Below are positions 23,164 through 31,276 of a stretch of DNA of 31,276 nt, piece after piece. The DNA is from Tubiluchus corallicola (lineage: Eukaryota > Animalia > Priapulida): NCBI GenBank assembly GCA_030141605.1, contig JAQGDQ010002449.1, positions 1 through 31,276 of the forward strand, written 5' to 3'. Below the pieces are notes generated by a model. It had not been told where the DNA came from, did not search any database, and saw only the letters and a list, made by a program, of their open reading frames with translations. A program made the position numbers and the translations under genes. How positions within the stretch are numbered: position 1 is the stretch's first letter; every line of letters starts with the position of its first letter.

Positions 23164-24431
23164 TACTATTCACTTCCTTTATACTGCTTATTGTGGTTGG
23201 TTTTCCCATTGCGTTTGCCTTAGGACTCTCCTCTATCCTTTATTTGGTGGTAAATGACATTACGCTAGTTATTGTCCCCCAAAAGATGTATGACGGAATA
23301 GACAAGTTTGTCCTTCTTTGCATACCGGGATTTATCTTTGCGGGCAATATTATGAATTCCGGTGGAATTACCATACGAATAATAGATTTTGCCAACTCGA
23401 TAATGGGACATATCACGGGTGGACTTGCTTTGACTAACATAGGCTCGTCCATGCTGTTTGCAGGCATATCCGGCACAGCTTTGGCTGATACCGCAAGTAT
23501 CGGCTCGATAATGATACCTGCCATGGTGGAAGAAGGGTATGATCCTGCGTATTCTGCAGCAGTTACTGCCGCGTCGTCCACGGTTGGACCTATCATACCG
23601 CCGAGCTTGCCGATGATCATAGTCGGCACCATGACGGGCCTCTCTGTGCAAAAATTGTTTGCCGCAGGGGCAATCCCAGGATTGATGCTGGGAGTTGGAA
23701 TGATGGTCGTGTCATACATCATATCCAAAAAGAAGAAGTATCCCAAGGGAGAACGCTCCACGCTGCACCAGATAATGAGAAGCTTCATAAAAGCTTTTTG
23801 GGCTCTGCTGATGCCTATACTTATTCTGTACGGAATATTGGGAGGGATGTTCACGCCAACGGAAGCCTCTATCATCGCCGTAGCTTATGCGCTAGTGATA
23901 GGGCTCTTTGTCTATAGGGAGATGAAGTTCAAGGATATATATGGGGTAATGGTCAACACCTTGAGAACAACCACGTCAATCATGGTGCTGGTTGGGTTTG
24001 CAAACCTCTTTGGGTGGATACTGACCAGCGAACAGATACCTCAGACCATCGTGAACGCCATGCTATCGGTAACTGACAACAAAATACTGATAATACTGAT
24101 GATCAACCTGCTGCTGCTATTCATAGGGACGTTTATGGAAACTATTGCAGCGCTTATCATACTGTTTCCTATACTTCTGAATGTCGCCGTTTCTGTGGGA
24201 GTTGACCCGATACAGTTTGGAGTCATTGCCGTGTTAAACCTTATGATAGGGTTATCGACGCCTCCTGTGGGAGTTTGTTTATTTGTGGCATCCAGTATAG
24301 GACGCGTTTCACTGCTGCATCTGTCAAAGACTATACTGCCATTTATCGCCGTGAACTTAGTCATATTGCTGCTCATAAGCTATATACCGATCTTCAGCCT
24401 GTATATACCGCAGCTGCTTTACGGCAAATAA
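23157..24431 (+). CDS. dctM: TRAP transporter large permease
   Basis: FAGISG.A.AD, GPIIPPS, FTPTEA, DPIQFG and TPPVG motifs. Confidence 0.95.
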   Translation: MLILFTSFILLIVVGFPIAFALGLSSILYLVVNDITLVIVPQKMYDGIDKFVLLCIPGFIFAGNIMNSGGITIRIIDFANSIMGHITGGLALTNIGSSMLFAGISGTALADTASIGSIMIPAMVEEGYDPAYSAAVTAASSTVGPIIPPSLPMIIVGTMTGLSVQKLFAAGAIPGLMLGVGMMVVSYIISKKKKYPKGERSTLHQIMRSFIKAFWALLMPILILYGILGGMFTPTEASIIAVAYALVIGLFVYREMKFKDIYGVMVNTLRTTTSIMVLVGFANLFGWILTSEQIPQTIVNAMLSVTDNKILIILMINLLLLFIGTFMETIAALIILFPILLNVAVSVGVDPIQFGVIAVLNLMIGLSTPPVGVCLFVASSIGRVSLLHLSKTILPFIAVNLVILLLISYIPIFSLYIPQLLYGK

Positions 24432-24445
24432 AATTTCTGAAATAT

Positions 24446-24478
24446 AAAAAACCTGCCAGAGTATGGCAGGTTTTTTTT
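24446..24478. terminator. Bidirectional intrinsic terminator between dctM and fbp
   Basis: AAAAAACCTGCCA-gagta-TGGCAGGTTTTTTTT. Confidence 0.85.
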
Positions 24479-24519
24479 ATGTCCATAGCGGTGTGCTTTG
24501 CTCAAAGAGTTTTCAAGGT

Positions 24520-25508
24520 TCAAAGGCTGGATAAGAAATGCTCGTATAGCTCTACCTCATATTTTGAACCTATCGCCAATGGGGATTTTGCGTGTAAGCC
24601 ATCAAGGGGGACGTTCAATATCTTCTCAGTCCCGGTGGTGGCATCTCCGCCGGCATTCTTTGCAATAAAAGCTAAGGGGTTTGATTCGTAAAGCAAGCGT
24701 ATCTTGCCTCGGTTGTTCATATCGTCAGCAGGATAAAGGTATACTCCCCCTTTCAGAGATTTCTATGGAAGTCTGCAACCAAAGAGCCTATATAACGCGA
24801 AGTGTACTTTCTGTCCGGATGATTCTTCAAAAAACCGATGTACTTCTTAGTCTGTTCGTCCCAACTATCGTAATTGGCTTCATTGACGCTGTATATATTT
24901 CCATGCTCAGGCATCTGTATATTTCTGTTGGACAGAAGGAATTCCCCCACCGAAGGATCCAGGGTAAACCCATTAACACCATCGCCCGCAGAATATACAA
25001 GCATGGTGCTGGAGCCATAAATAACATAGCCAGCAGCAATCAGCTCACAACCCGGCACACAAAAATCGTGAATAGTAATACCGTTGCCCCCATGTTTGTA
25101 TATGCCAAAGATGCTGCCGATACTGACATTTACATCGATATTGCTGGACCCATCCAACGGATCAAACACAACTAAATATTTACCCTTAGGGTATTTGCTA
25201 GGAATAGTTATCATATCGTCAACCTCTTCAGAAGCCATCGCGGCCAAGACTCCGAGGTGTTCGAGAGAGCTTACCATCCTCTCATTTGCATAAACGTCCA
25301 ACTTCTGCTGGGATTCGCCATGCACATTGCTATCGCCCGCTATCCCGATGATATTCACCAAACCAGCCTTGTTCACTTCGCGACTGATGACCTTTGCCAC
25401 AAAAGCTATCTGATCAAAAATCATAGTCAGCTCGCCAGTCGCCCCGGGATGCTTGCGCTGCTCTTCAAGAATAAATCTGCTAAGATTAACAACTCCTCCA
25501 TTAGACAT
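24520..25508 (-). CDS. fbp: Class I fructose-1,6-bisphosphatase (one-base frameshift near 24755)
   Basis: N.HGE.QQKLDV, SEE, FDPLDGSSNID.N.SIGSIF, RYIGSLVADFHRNL; the shifted frame continues KGGVYLYPAD...GKIRLLYESNPLAF. Confidence 0.93.
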
Positions 25509-25784
25509 ATCAACCTCCCTTTAACACATATATAACAGCATTACAATACAGTGAAAATTTGTGTCCAAGAAACTGCTCTAGTAGGATGATAGCCCATAGA
25601 AACACCTTTGTCAAAGACAAACGCATTGTCTTCTGAACGCTCTAATATTAGGACGATTGATTAGATAATGGCAACCCAGATTTCCTTGAATGTACAGCGA
25701 CGATGATCACAAAATATTTGTGGCTGGAGTTGTCAATTCGGGAGAGTGACATAAATATGCAAAAGATATTCTATTATGAACGGC

Positions 25785-26639
25785 TCAAGCTTTTAATTGT
25801 TTCACGATCTTTTCTGTGGCGGAATTTTTATTGAGCGTAAAGAAGTGTAGCCCTCTGACACCGTATTCGAGAAGCTCTCTGCACTGATTTACGGCAAACT
25901 CAACTCCCAGCTCTTCCATCTCTGACGCTGTCCTGCCCTCCATCATCCGCATAATATTTTCTCCAACTTGGACGCCGCACATATCGGTAAACTTGACAAC
26001 CTGCTTAATATTTGTAATAGGCATAATGCCCGCGACTACAGGCACATCAATATTTTGCCTCTCCAGTTCATTCATCAGGTCATAAAAATAGTTGTTGTCA
26101 AAAAACAGCTGAGTTATCAAAAAAGATGCTCCCGCATCCACCTTTCTTTTCACATTGGTAACGTCTGCCGCCAATGTCGGAGACTCCTTGTGCCCCTCAG
26201 GATAGACAGCAGCCCCTATGCAGATATCTTCAGATCTTGACCTTATATATTTTATCAGGTCATCAGCGTGCTTAAAATCGTGAAAGATCTCCCCTTCAAA
26301 ATTTGAAGGAATATCTCCCCGCAAGGCGAGAATATTTTCTATACCCACAGAAGCGGTATAATCCAATGTCTCGTCAATGCTATCATACGACTGAGCAATA
26401 CAGGTAAGATGAAGAACCGTCTCCATACCCAATGAGCGGTGCAAGCGAGAGCTCCAAGCGAGGGTATTTTCAGAAGTGCTGCCCCCAGCTCCGTAAGTAA
26501 TGGAAACGTAATCCGGCTCAAAACAGCTCAAGCTTTCCACCGTATTGAACAACACCGCCTCACCATCCGCCCCCTTAGGGGGGAAAAACTCAAATGAAAT
26601 ACTGCTACTTTTCAGATTGTATAAATCATCAAGCTTCAA
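25785..26639 (-). CDS. metF: 5,10-methylenetetrahydrofolate reductase
   Basis: ISFEFFPPK, SITYGAGGS, HLTC, ILALRGD, YPEGH, ITQLFFD, GIMPI and LHFFTLN motifs. Confidence 0.95.
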   Translation of the reverse strand: MKLDDLYNLKSSSISFEFFPPKGADGEAVLFNTVESLSCFEPDYVSITYGAGGSTSENTLAWSSRLHRSLGMETVLHLTCIAQSYDSIDETLDYTASVGIENILALRGDIPSNFEGEIFHDFKHADDLIKYIRSRSEDICIGAAVYPEGHKESPTLAADVTNVKRKVDAGASFLITQLFFDNNYFYDLMNELERQNIDVPVVAGIMPITNIKQVVKFTDMCGVQVGENIMRMMEGRTASEMEELGVEFAVNQCRELLEYGVRGLHFFTLNKNSATEKIVKQLKA

Positions 26640-26726
26640 GAAAACACCTCGTAACTACTTCGCCTATCACGTATGATAGTTATTTTTTATTGCTATTTCT
26701 TCCTCCAGCGCATAATATTATATGTC

Positions 26727-27314
26727 ATGAAATTTTTCTACAAATATTTACTTATCGCTTTTATCACGTACATTTTGTTTTTGAATGTCTTAACGTTTGC
26801 GACGTCCTTTAATACAAAACAGTTGATAAATGCTCATCATGTTAAAGGGCGGACAGTCAGCCTATATTACTTCTTAAAATATTTTGCCCTTGAGAGCGGC
26901 ATAGGCACAAAATCACTGCCAAAAGAGACGGTTGTGGAGAATGTATATGAGATAGCGCCGAAATACAACGTAGACCCTGAGCTTGTACTATTGGTTATAG
27001 AGGTTGAGTCAAAATATAAACAGTTCGCAATTTCAAGGGCTAGCGCCATGGGATATATGCAGATAATGCCGACGACTTACAAGGAGGTTGGCACAGGCAA
27101 TCCATACGATATTAAAAACAATCTGGAGGCAGGGATAAAATATCTGGCGATACAATTAGACACCTTCAAAGACTTAAAACTCGCTCTAGCCGCATATAAT
27201 GCAGGTCCTGCCAATGTAAAAAAATATATGGCGGGAAATTACGACCTACCTTCCCAAACAAAATATTACGTGAAAACCATTTCGGAAAAGTATGATCTTA
27301 TAAATGAAAAATGA
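26727..27314 (+). CDS. Membrane-anchored or secreted SLT-domain lytic transglycosylase
   Basis: N-terminal hydrophobic helix; VIEVES (catalytic Glu), A.GYMQIMP.T, N..AG.KYL, ALAAYNAGP..V, T..YV. Start at 26727 is uncertain; the track starts at 26673. Confidence 0.88.
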   Translation: MKFFYKYLLIAFITYILFLNVLTFATSFNTKQLINAHHVKGRTVSLYYFLKYFALESGIGTKSLPKETVVENVYEIAPKYNVDPELVLLVIEVESKYKQFAISRASAMGYMQIMPTTYKEVGTGNPYDIKNNLEAGIKYLAIQLDTFKDLKLALAAYNAGPANVKKYMAGNYDLPSQTKYYVKTISEKYDLINEK

Positions 27315-27457
27315 TCAAACCGCAGTATTTTTTGACTTCACTTAAAGAGACCTGACGCTCAACACACACCCCAAACAAGCAACAGACAGCATTTATCGCA
27401 ATATTAAAGTCCATTTCAGACAAAATAGAGACAGCTGTAGAGTATGTTTAAAGAAAA

Positions 27458-27478
27458 CCGCCCTTAAGTGCAGGGCGG
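27458..27478 (-). terminator. Intrinsic terminator, copy 1
   Basis: Minus strand CCGCCCT-gcactta-AGGGCGG followed by TTTTCTTT; core identical to 30261-30281. Confidence 0.8.
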
Positions 27479-27576
27479 CTATATTATTGCTTCAAGCTGT
27501 CGGTTATACCCACAGGATCAGCGCTAGAATATCTTGTGAGGCTATCACCCTAAAGAGTAAAGCTCATTACCCTCAT
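27458..27576 (-). repeat. Degenerate duplicate (gene relic) of the 3' end and terminator of the second RCC1-repeat gene
   Basis: 27458-27489 equals 30261-30292 (32/32). 27491-27533 vs 30301-30343 match 41/43. 27534-27550 vs 30353-30369 match 16/17. 27555-27569 equals 31255-31269 (15/15). Confidence 0.9.
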
Positions 27577-27580
27577 ATCT

Positions 27581-30040
27581 CTATGGGGATAACACTATCT
27601 CTTTTGGGATCAAAGTATCAGAACCACCACTTATGTCACGATGTCCCCAAGCGTAAACCTTGCCATCGCTGGTCATAGCTAACGCGCCACCATGCCCCCC
27701 TGCGAGCGTGACTACATCTGAGAGAGATGAGAGGTCTCCTAGAGCATTGTGGCTATTATCTCCCCAAGATATCACAGTATCGTTATTCAAGACCGCATAG
27801 CTTGCGATGTAGCCGGCACTCATGGTCTTAACGCTACTCTTAAGATGCTTTGGAGCATATTGATCTGCTTTACCTCCATCTAGCTGGCCATAACCATTAT
27901 AACCCCAACCATAGAGGTCCCCCTGATCCGTCAAAGCTAGAAAATGATATCCGCCTGCGGATATCTCCACAACTTTGAGATTTTTTGGCACCAGTTGAGG
28001 AATGTGGGTCTGTGTACCATTGTCCGTACTCCCTATTCCTAGAAGTCCGAAACGATTATATCCCCAAGTGTAAACATCCCCATCCTTCGTCAGTGCAACT
28101 GTTGTGTAAAAACTTGTAGCAATATCCTGAACGTTCGCCAGAGGCGCAACCGTGGGCTTTAATATGTCAGCGGTATCTAAAAATCCCAACTGATTGTAAT
28201 GATTATACCCCCACATCAGAAGTGTGCCCTTATCGGTGACCAGCGCGCTCGCATAATTATAACCTGCAGAGATCTTCACTATCTTTTCTCCAGGGGGCAG
28301 ATTACTCAAGTCAACCTCCACAGGCACATGTCTGTCAGTCGTAGTGCCATCTCCCAGTTGACCAAATTTGTTACTTCCCCAGGCGTACAGCTTGCCGTTG
28401 ACGTCTAAACCCAAAGAATGATGCTTTCCTGCCGAAACCATGTTAAACTCATCCAAGTCCGGATACCGCTTAGATATATTTTTGGGCTGATACGTCGTCG
28501 CAGTAGAATTATCTCCAATTTGACCTAGGGTATTACGTCCCCAAGCCCAGAGATCGCCTGCATCATCTATGTGGAAAGCATGAAAGTAGCGTACTGATAG
28601 ATTTGCTCCGTTACTCCTGAGAGTGAAGTCTGCCGTCAGATCAGCGTCATCTATTACAACCTGATGATCCTTAATGCCTTCATGCGCTGCGGCAGTAACA
28701 TTCAAGGAATAGGTACCGCTAGGTAAAGAGAGCAAGTAGGCTCCACTATCATCCGTGACATCTTCTTTAAGCAGGGTAGTCCCACTGTAGACCTCAACAC
28801 TGGCACCCTCTATGGCAGTGCCATAACTGTCAGTGATTACGCCACTTAAGGTGTAGAGATTTGAACTAGCATAGTTTAGGGCAACTGATGGAAGATAAGC
28901 AAATACATCATCATCCAGATCCACAGCTTCTATAATATTCTCAAAGCCATCCTTTGTGAACTTCACCACGTATGCCCCAAGATCCAGTATCGCATAGAAG
29001 TTGCCCAATTCATCACTCACAACACTACCGAGAAGGCTATCGCCATTGTTAAACTTGACGTTCACCCCCTCAAGAGGAGCGTCAAACTGATCAAAAACTT
29101 GACCATAAATCCCGCCGTACTTATCGGTCTTAAGCTCCAGCGCATAGCTCTCATCCACAAAGGCATTGTTTGAATCAAGCGTAAATTCATCACCCCTATA
29201 GTTGTCGTGATAAACTGAGACGCCGATGATGTCATAAAGGTCACCATGGGGTAAAACTATCCTATAGCCACCGTCATCATTAGTTATCGTTATCGTATCT
29301 ATAAGGTTAGTAGACTGACGGTACTTCACTTCTGAGCCGACATAAGGATATGTCATAATGGGAGCAGCTGCAGTGCCATCACCAAATTCCATGGAAGCTA
29401 CACCGTAAACCACTCCATAGGTGGATGTGTCTATGGACAGAACAACATCATCCGTGGTAAACGGATCTTTGATACTCAACTCATAATTTGACGTTACCGT
29501 CTCATACCCATATTTACTGAACTCTACACTAACCGCGCCATGGGGAACCGTGATAGAGAAGAAACCAGCTTCGCTGGTGTAGGATACATAATTGTCACCA
29601 TCTGCCGAAATCTTCACTTCGGGAAGGGGAGCCCCATCTTGATCACCTTCAATTACCTTACCAAAAATAGTGCCGTGGGTGTTAAAATCCACACTAACAT
29701 ACTGTGTCGGTATGGGATCATCACTCATCACGCTTATGGGCACAGTTTTGCTCAGATAGCCAACACCATCAATCTTGAGTTCATAATCGCCAGGTGCAAC
29801 ACTGAAACTGTACTTACCATCAGCATCAGTAACATCTGAAGCTTGGACAACTCCACCCTGCTCCAGAGCAACTTCAGCACCGCTCACAGGATAACCGTAA
29901 ATGTTTTCCAATGTACCGGAAATAGTTAATTCACTTGGACCGGTTGTAGTTAAACCGGTATCTTGTGAACCGCTGCACGATACAATGCCGAACGCAAACA
30001 CGAGCAGCATTAGTCTAATCAAAAGATTAAAACTTCTCAT
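27581..30040 (-). CDS. Lipoprotein with five carboxypeptidase-regulatory-like beta-sandwich repeats and a C-terminal RCC1/BLIP-II-like beta-propeller
   Basis: GGAGGA RBS; signal peptide ending in the lipobox IVSC; five repeats of G.V.D..G.P..GA.V...TD..G.Y...L..G.Y; then repeats of G.LYAWG.N..GQLG and ISAG..H.LAL. Confidence 0.85.
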   Translation of the reverse strand: MRSFNLLIRLMLLVFAFGIVSCSGSQDTGLTTTGPSELTISGTLENIYGYPVSGAEVALEQGGVVQASDVTDADGKYSFSVAPGDYELKIDGVGYLSKTVPISVMSDDPIPTQYVSVDFNTHGTIFGKVIEGDQDGAPLPEVKISADGDNYVSYTSEAGFFSITVPHGAVSVEFSKYGYETVTSNYELSIKDPFTTDDVVLSIDTSTYGVVYGVASMEFGDGTAAAPIMTYPYVGSEVKYRQSTNLIDTITITNDDGGYRIVLPHGDLYDIIGVSVYHDNYRGDEFTLDSNNAFVDESYALELKTDKYGGIYGQVFDQFDAPLEGVNVKFNNGDSLLGSVVSDELGNFYAILDLGAYVVKFTKDGFENIIEAVDLDDDVFAYLPSVALNYASSNLYTLSGVITDSYGTAIEGASVEVYSGTTLLKEDVTDDSGAYLLSLPSGTYSLNVTAAAHEGIKDHQVVIDDADLTADFTLRSNGANLSVRYFHAFHIDDAGDLWAWGRNTLGQIGDNSTATTYQPKNISKRYPDLDEFNMVSAGKHHSLGLDVNGKLYAWGSNKFGQLGDGTTTDRHVPVEVDLSNLPPGEKIVKISAGYNYASALVTDKGTLLMWGYNHYNQLGFLDTADILKPTVAPLANVQDIATSFYTTVALTKDGDVYTWGYNRFGLLGIGSTDNGTQTHIPQLVPKNLKVVEISAGGYHFLALTDQGDLYGWGYNGYGQLDGGKADQYAPKHLKSSVKTMSAGYIASYAVLNNDTVISWGDNSHNALGDLSSLSDVVTLAGGHGGALAMTSDGKVYAWGHRDISGGSDTLIPKEIVLSP

Positions 30041-30258
30041 AACATTCCTCCAAAGAGTAATTTACAACCCCGCCTTAACATCAGCCTATAAGAGCATATT
30101 CTAAAGTCAAGCCGAGACCGTTTATTGTCATTAGCATGTTGCAAACAGAATGTAAATGTATTTTGTTACGTCGTTGTAAATATTCCGTGATATCAATAGA
30201 TTGGACGATATATTTTTTATACATGATAATTTAGAGTCATAAAGATGTCTTGTTAAGA

Positions 30259-30283
30259 AGCCGCCCTTAAGTGCAGGGCGGCT
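30259..30283 (-). terminator. Intrinsic terminator, copy 2
   Basis: AGCCGCCCT/AGGGCGGCT 9-bp stem just after the tandem TAA TAA stops. Confidence 0.75.
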
Positions 30284-30296
30284 ATATTATTGTTTA

Positions 30297-31276
30297 TTAA
30301 TTCAAGCTGTCAGTTATATCCACAGGATCAGCGCTAGAATATCCGGTTCCGGTTGTGAGGCTATCGCCCCAGGAGTAGACCTTGCCGTCCCTGGATATCG
30401 CTTTGCCACCGCTTGCACCACCGCTTATCAGGAGAATATCCTTGTCATTTAGCAGACTGAGGTTACCCAGAGCATTATTAGCATCTGAACCCCAAGAGTG
30501 GACTGTACCGTCAAACTTCACAGCGTATGTGCTGAACGGACCAGCATCCATAGTCCTGACGTTCTCCATTAGCTTGTGGGGAGTTGTGTAATAAGCGTTT
30601 GATGAATTGTCCAACTGCCTAGCGCCGTTATTACCCCAGCCGTAAAGGGTGCCGTTGTCTGTCAAAGCCAACATATGCGACTCTCCCCCGGCAATCTCAA
30701 TGACCACACCGTCAAAATAGGAGGTTGGTATGCTACTAAGGCCTCTCTGCGCACTTGTATCGCCGCTACCTGTTCCCCACAGCCCATAAGCGTTAGTCCC
30801 TATGGTATAGACAGTTCCACTAGTATTAAGAACGGCCGTAGTATAGGTGGTAGTTGCAACCGCCGTATAAGAATTGGAATAGTAGGTTGGAATAAGCTTA
30901 TCAGACGTATGACCTGTCTGCCCATGGTTACTCCTTCCCCAGGTGTAGAGCACGCGGTTTGAACCGATGGCAGCTGTGTGAAAAGCAGAACTTGAGATGT
31001 CGATGAACTTCACGCCACTATCCACACCGCTCATATCAACTAACACCGGGCTCGATCTATCTACGGTACTGCCGTCACCTATCTTGCCATAACTGTTTGA
31101 GCCCCAGCCCCAAAGCCGATGGTGGATGTCACGGGCAAATGACGTACCATTTCCGCTTGAGATAAGGTCAAACTTCTCTGATGAAATCTTCTTAGGATAG
31201 AGCACATTTACATTTGTGCCATCTCCCACCTGACCGTAATAGTTGTATCCCCAGGAGTAAAGCTCATTATTGTCAT
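30297..31276 (-). CDS. RCC1/BLIP-II-like beta-propeller protein, paralog 2 (3' part; starts beyond the right edge)
   Basis: Frame is open to the window end (DNNELYSWGYNYYGQVGDG...). Repeated WG.N..G..G blades, colinear with the propeller of 27581-30040. Confidence 0.85.
   Translation of the reverse strand, partial: DNNELYSWGYNYYGQVGDGTNVNVLYPKKISSEKFDLISSGNGTSFARDIHHRLWGWGSNSYGKIGDGSTVDRSSPVLVDMSGVDSGVKFIDISSSAFHTAAIGSNRVLYTWGRSNHGQTGHTSDKLIPTYYSNSYTAVATTTYTTAVLNTSGTVYTIGTNAYGLWGTGSGDTSAQRGLSSIPTSYFDGVVIEIAGGESHMLALTDNGTLYGWGNNGARQLDNSSNAYYTTPHKLMENVRTMDAGPFSTYAVKFDGTVHSWGSDANNALGNLSLLNDKDILLISGGASGGKAISRDGKVYSWGDSLTTGTGYSSADPVDITDSLN

Noticed and set aside
25509-25784. Possible sRNA or riboswitch between metF and fbp (short hairpins AAGACAA/TTGTCTT and CACAAA/TTTGTG)
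   Set aside because: Stems are short and AT-rich, there is no recognisable aptamer, and the region is downstream rather than upstream of metF.
26705-26733. dif-like site (GCGCATAATATTATATGTCATGAAAT)
   Set aside because: Only the XerC-arm-like GCGCATAA matches; with a 6-bp spacer the XerD arm does not resemble TTATGTTAAAT.
27458-27576. Diversity-generating retroelement template/variable repeat pair with the 3' end of gene 30297-31276
   Set aside because: Mismatches are mixed transitions rather than adenine-specific, the copy has indels, the target is not a C-type lectin fold, and no reverse transcriptase is in the window.

Overview
Bacterial chromosomal window. Gene order suggests a Gram-negative anaerobe, possibly Deferribacterota or a deltaproteobacteria-like lineage, but this is a weak inference. 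Bases 1-17 kb are housekeeping: an mreB-mreC-mreD-mrdA-rodA-radical SAM operon, lysS, and a xerD-tRNA nucleotidyltransferase-phoH-ybeY-CNNM/HlyC-era-mgtE-recO operon. Bases 17-26.6 kb are metabolic: malic enzyme, SulP permease, a TRAP transporter with two tandem DctP paralogs, class I FBPase and metF. From 26.7 kb to the end the region looks accessory: a small lytic transglycosylase converges on tandem RCC1/BLIP-II-like beta-propeller proteins, the complete one being a lipoprotein with five carboxypeptidase-regulatory-like stalk domains. The most notable signal is a ~120 bp relic behind the first propeller gene. It is a collapsed copy of the second propeller gene, with the propeller deleted between two 11-bp direct repeats, and it retains a terminator with an identical core. 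Seven genes, several normally essential, are broken by small indels or in-frame TGAs, most likely long-read consensus errors. No rRNA, tRNA, CRISPR array or transposase was seen.
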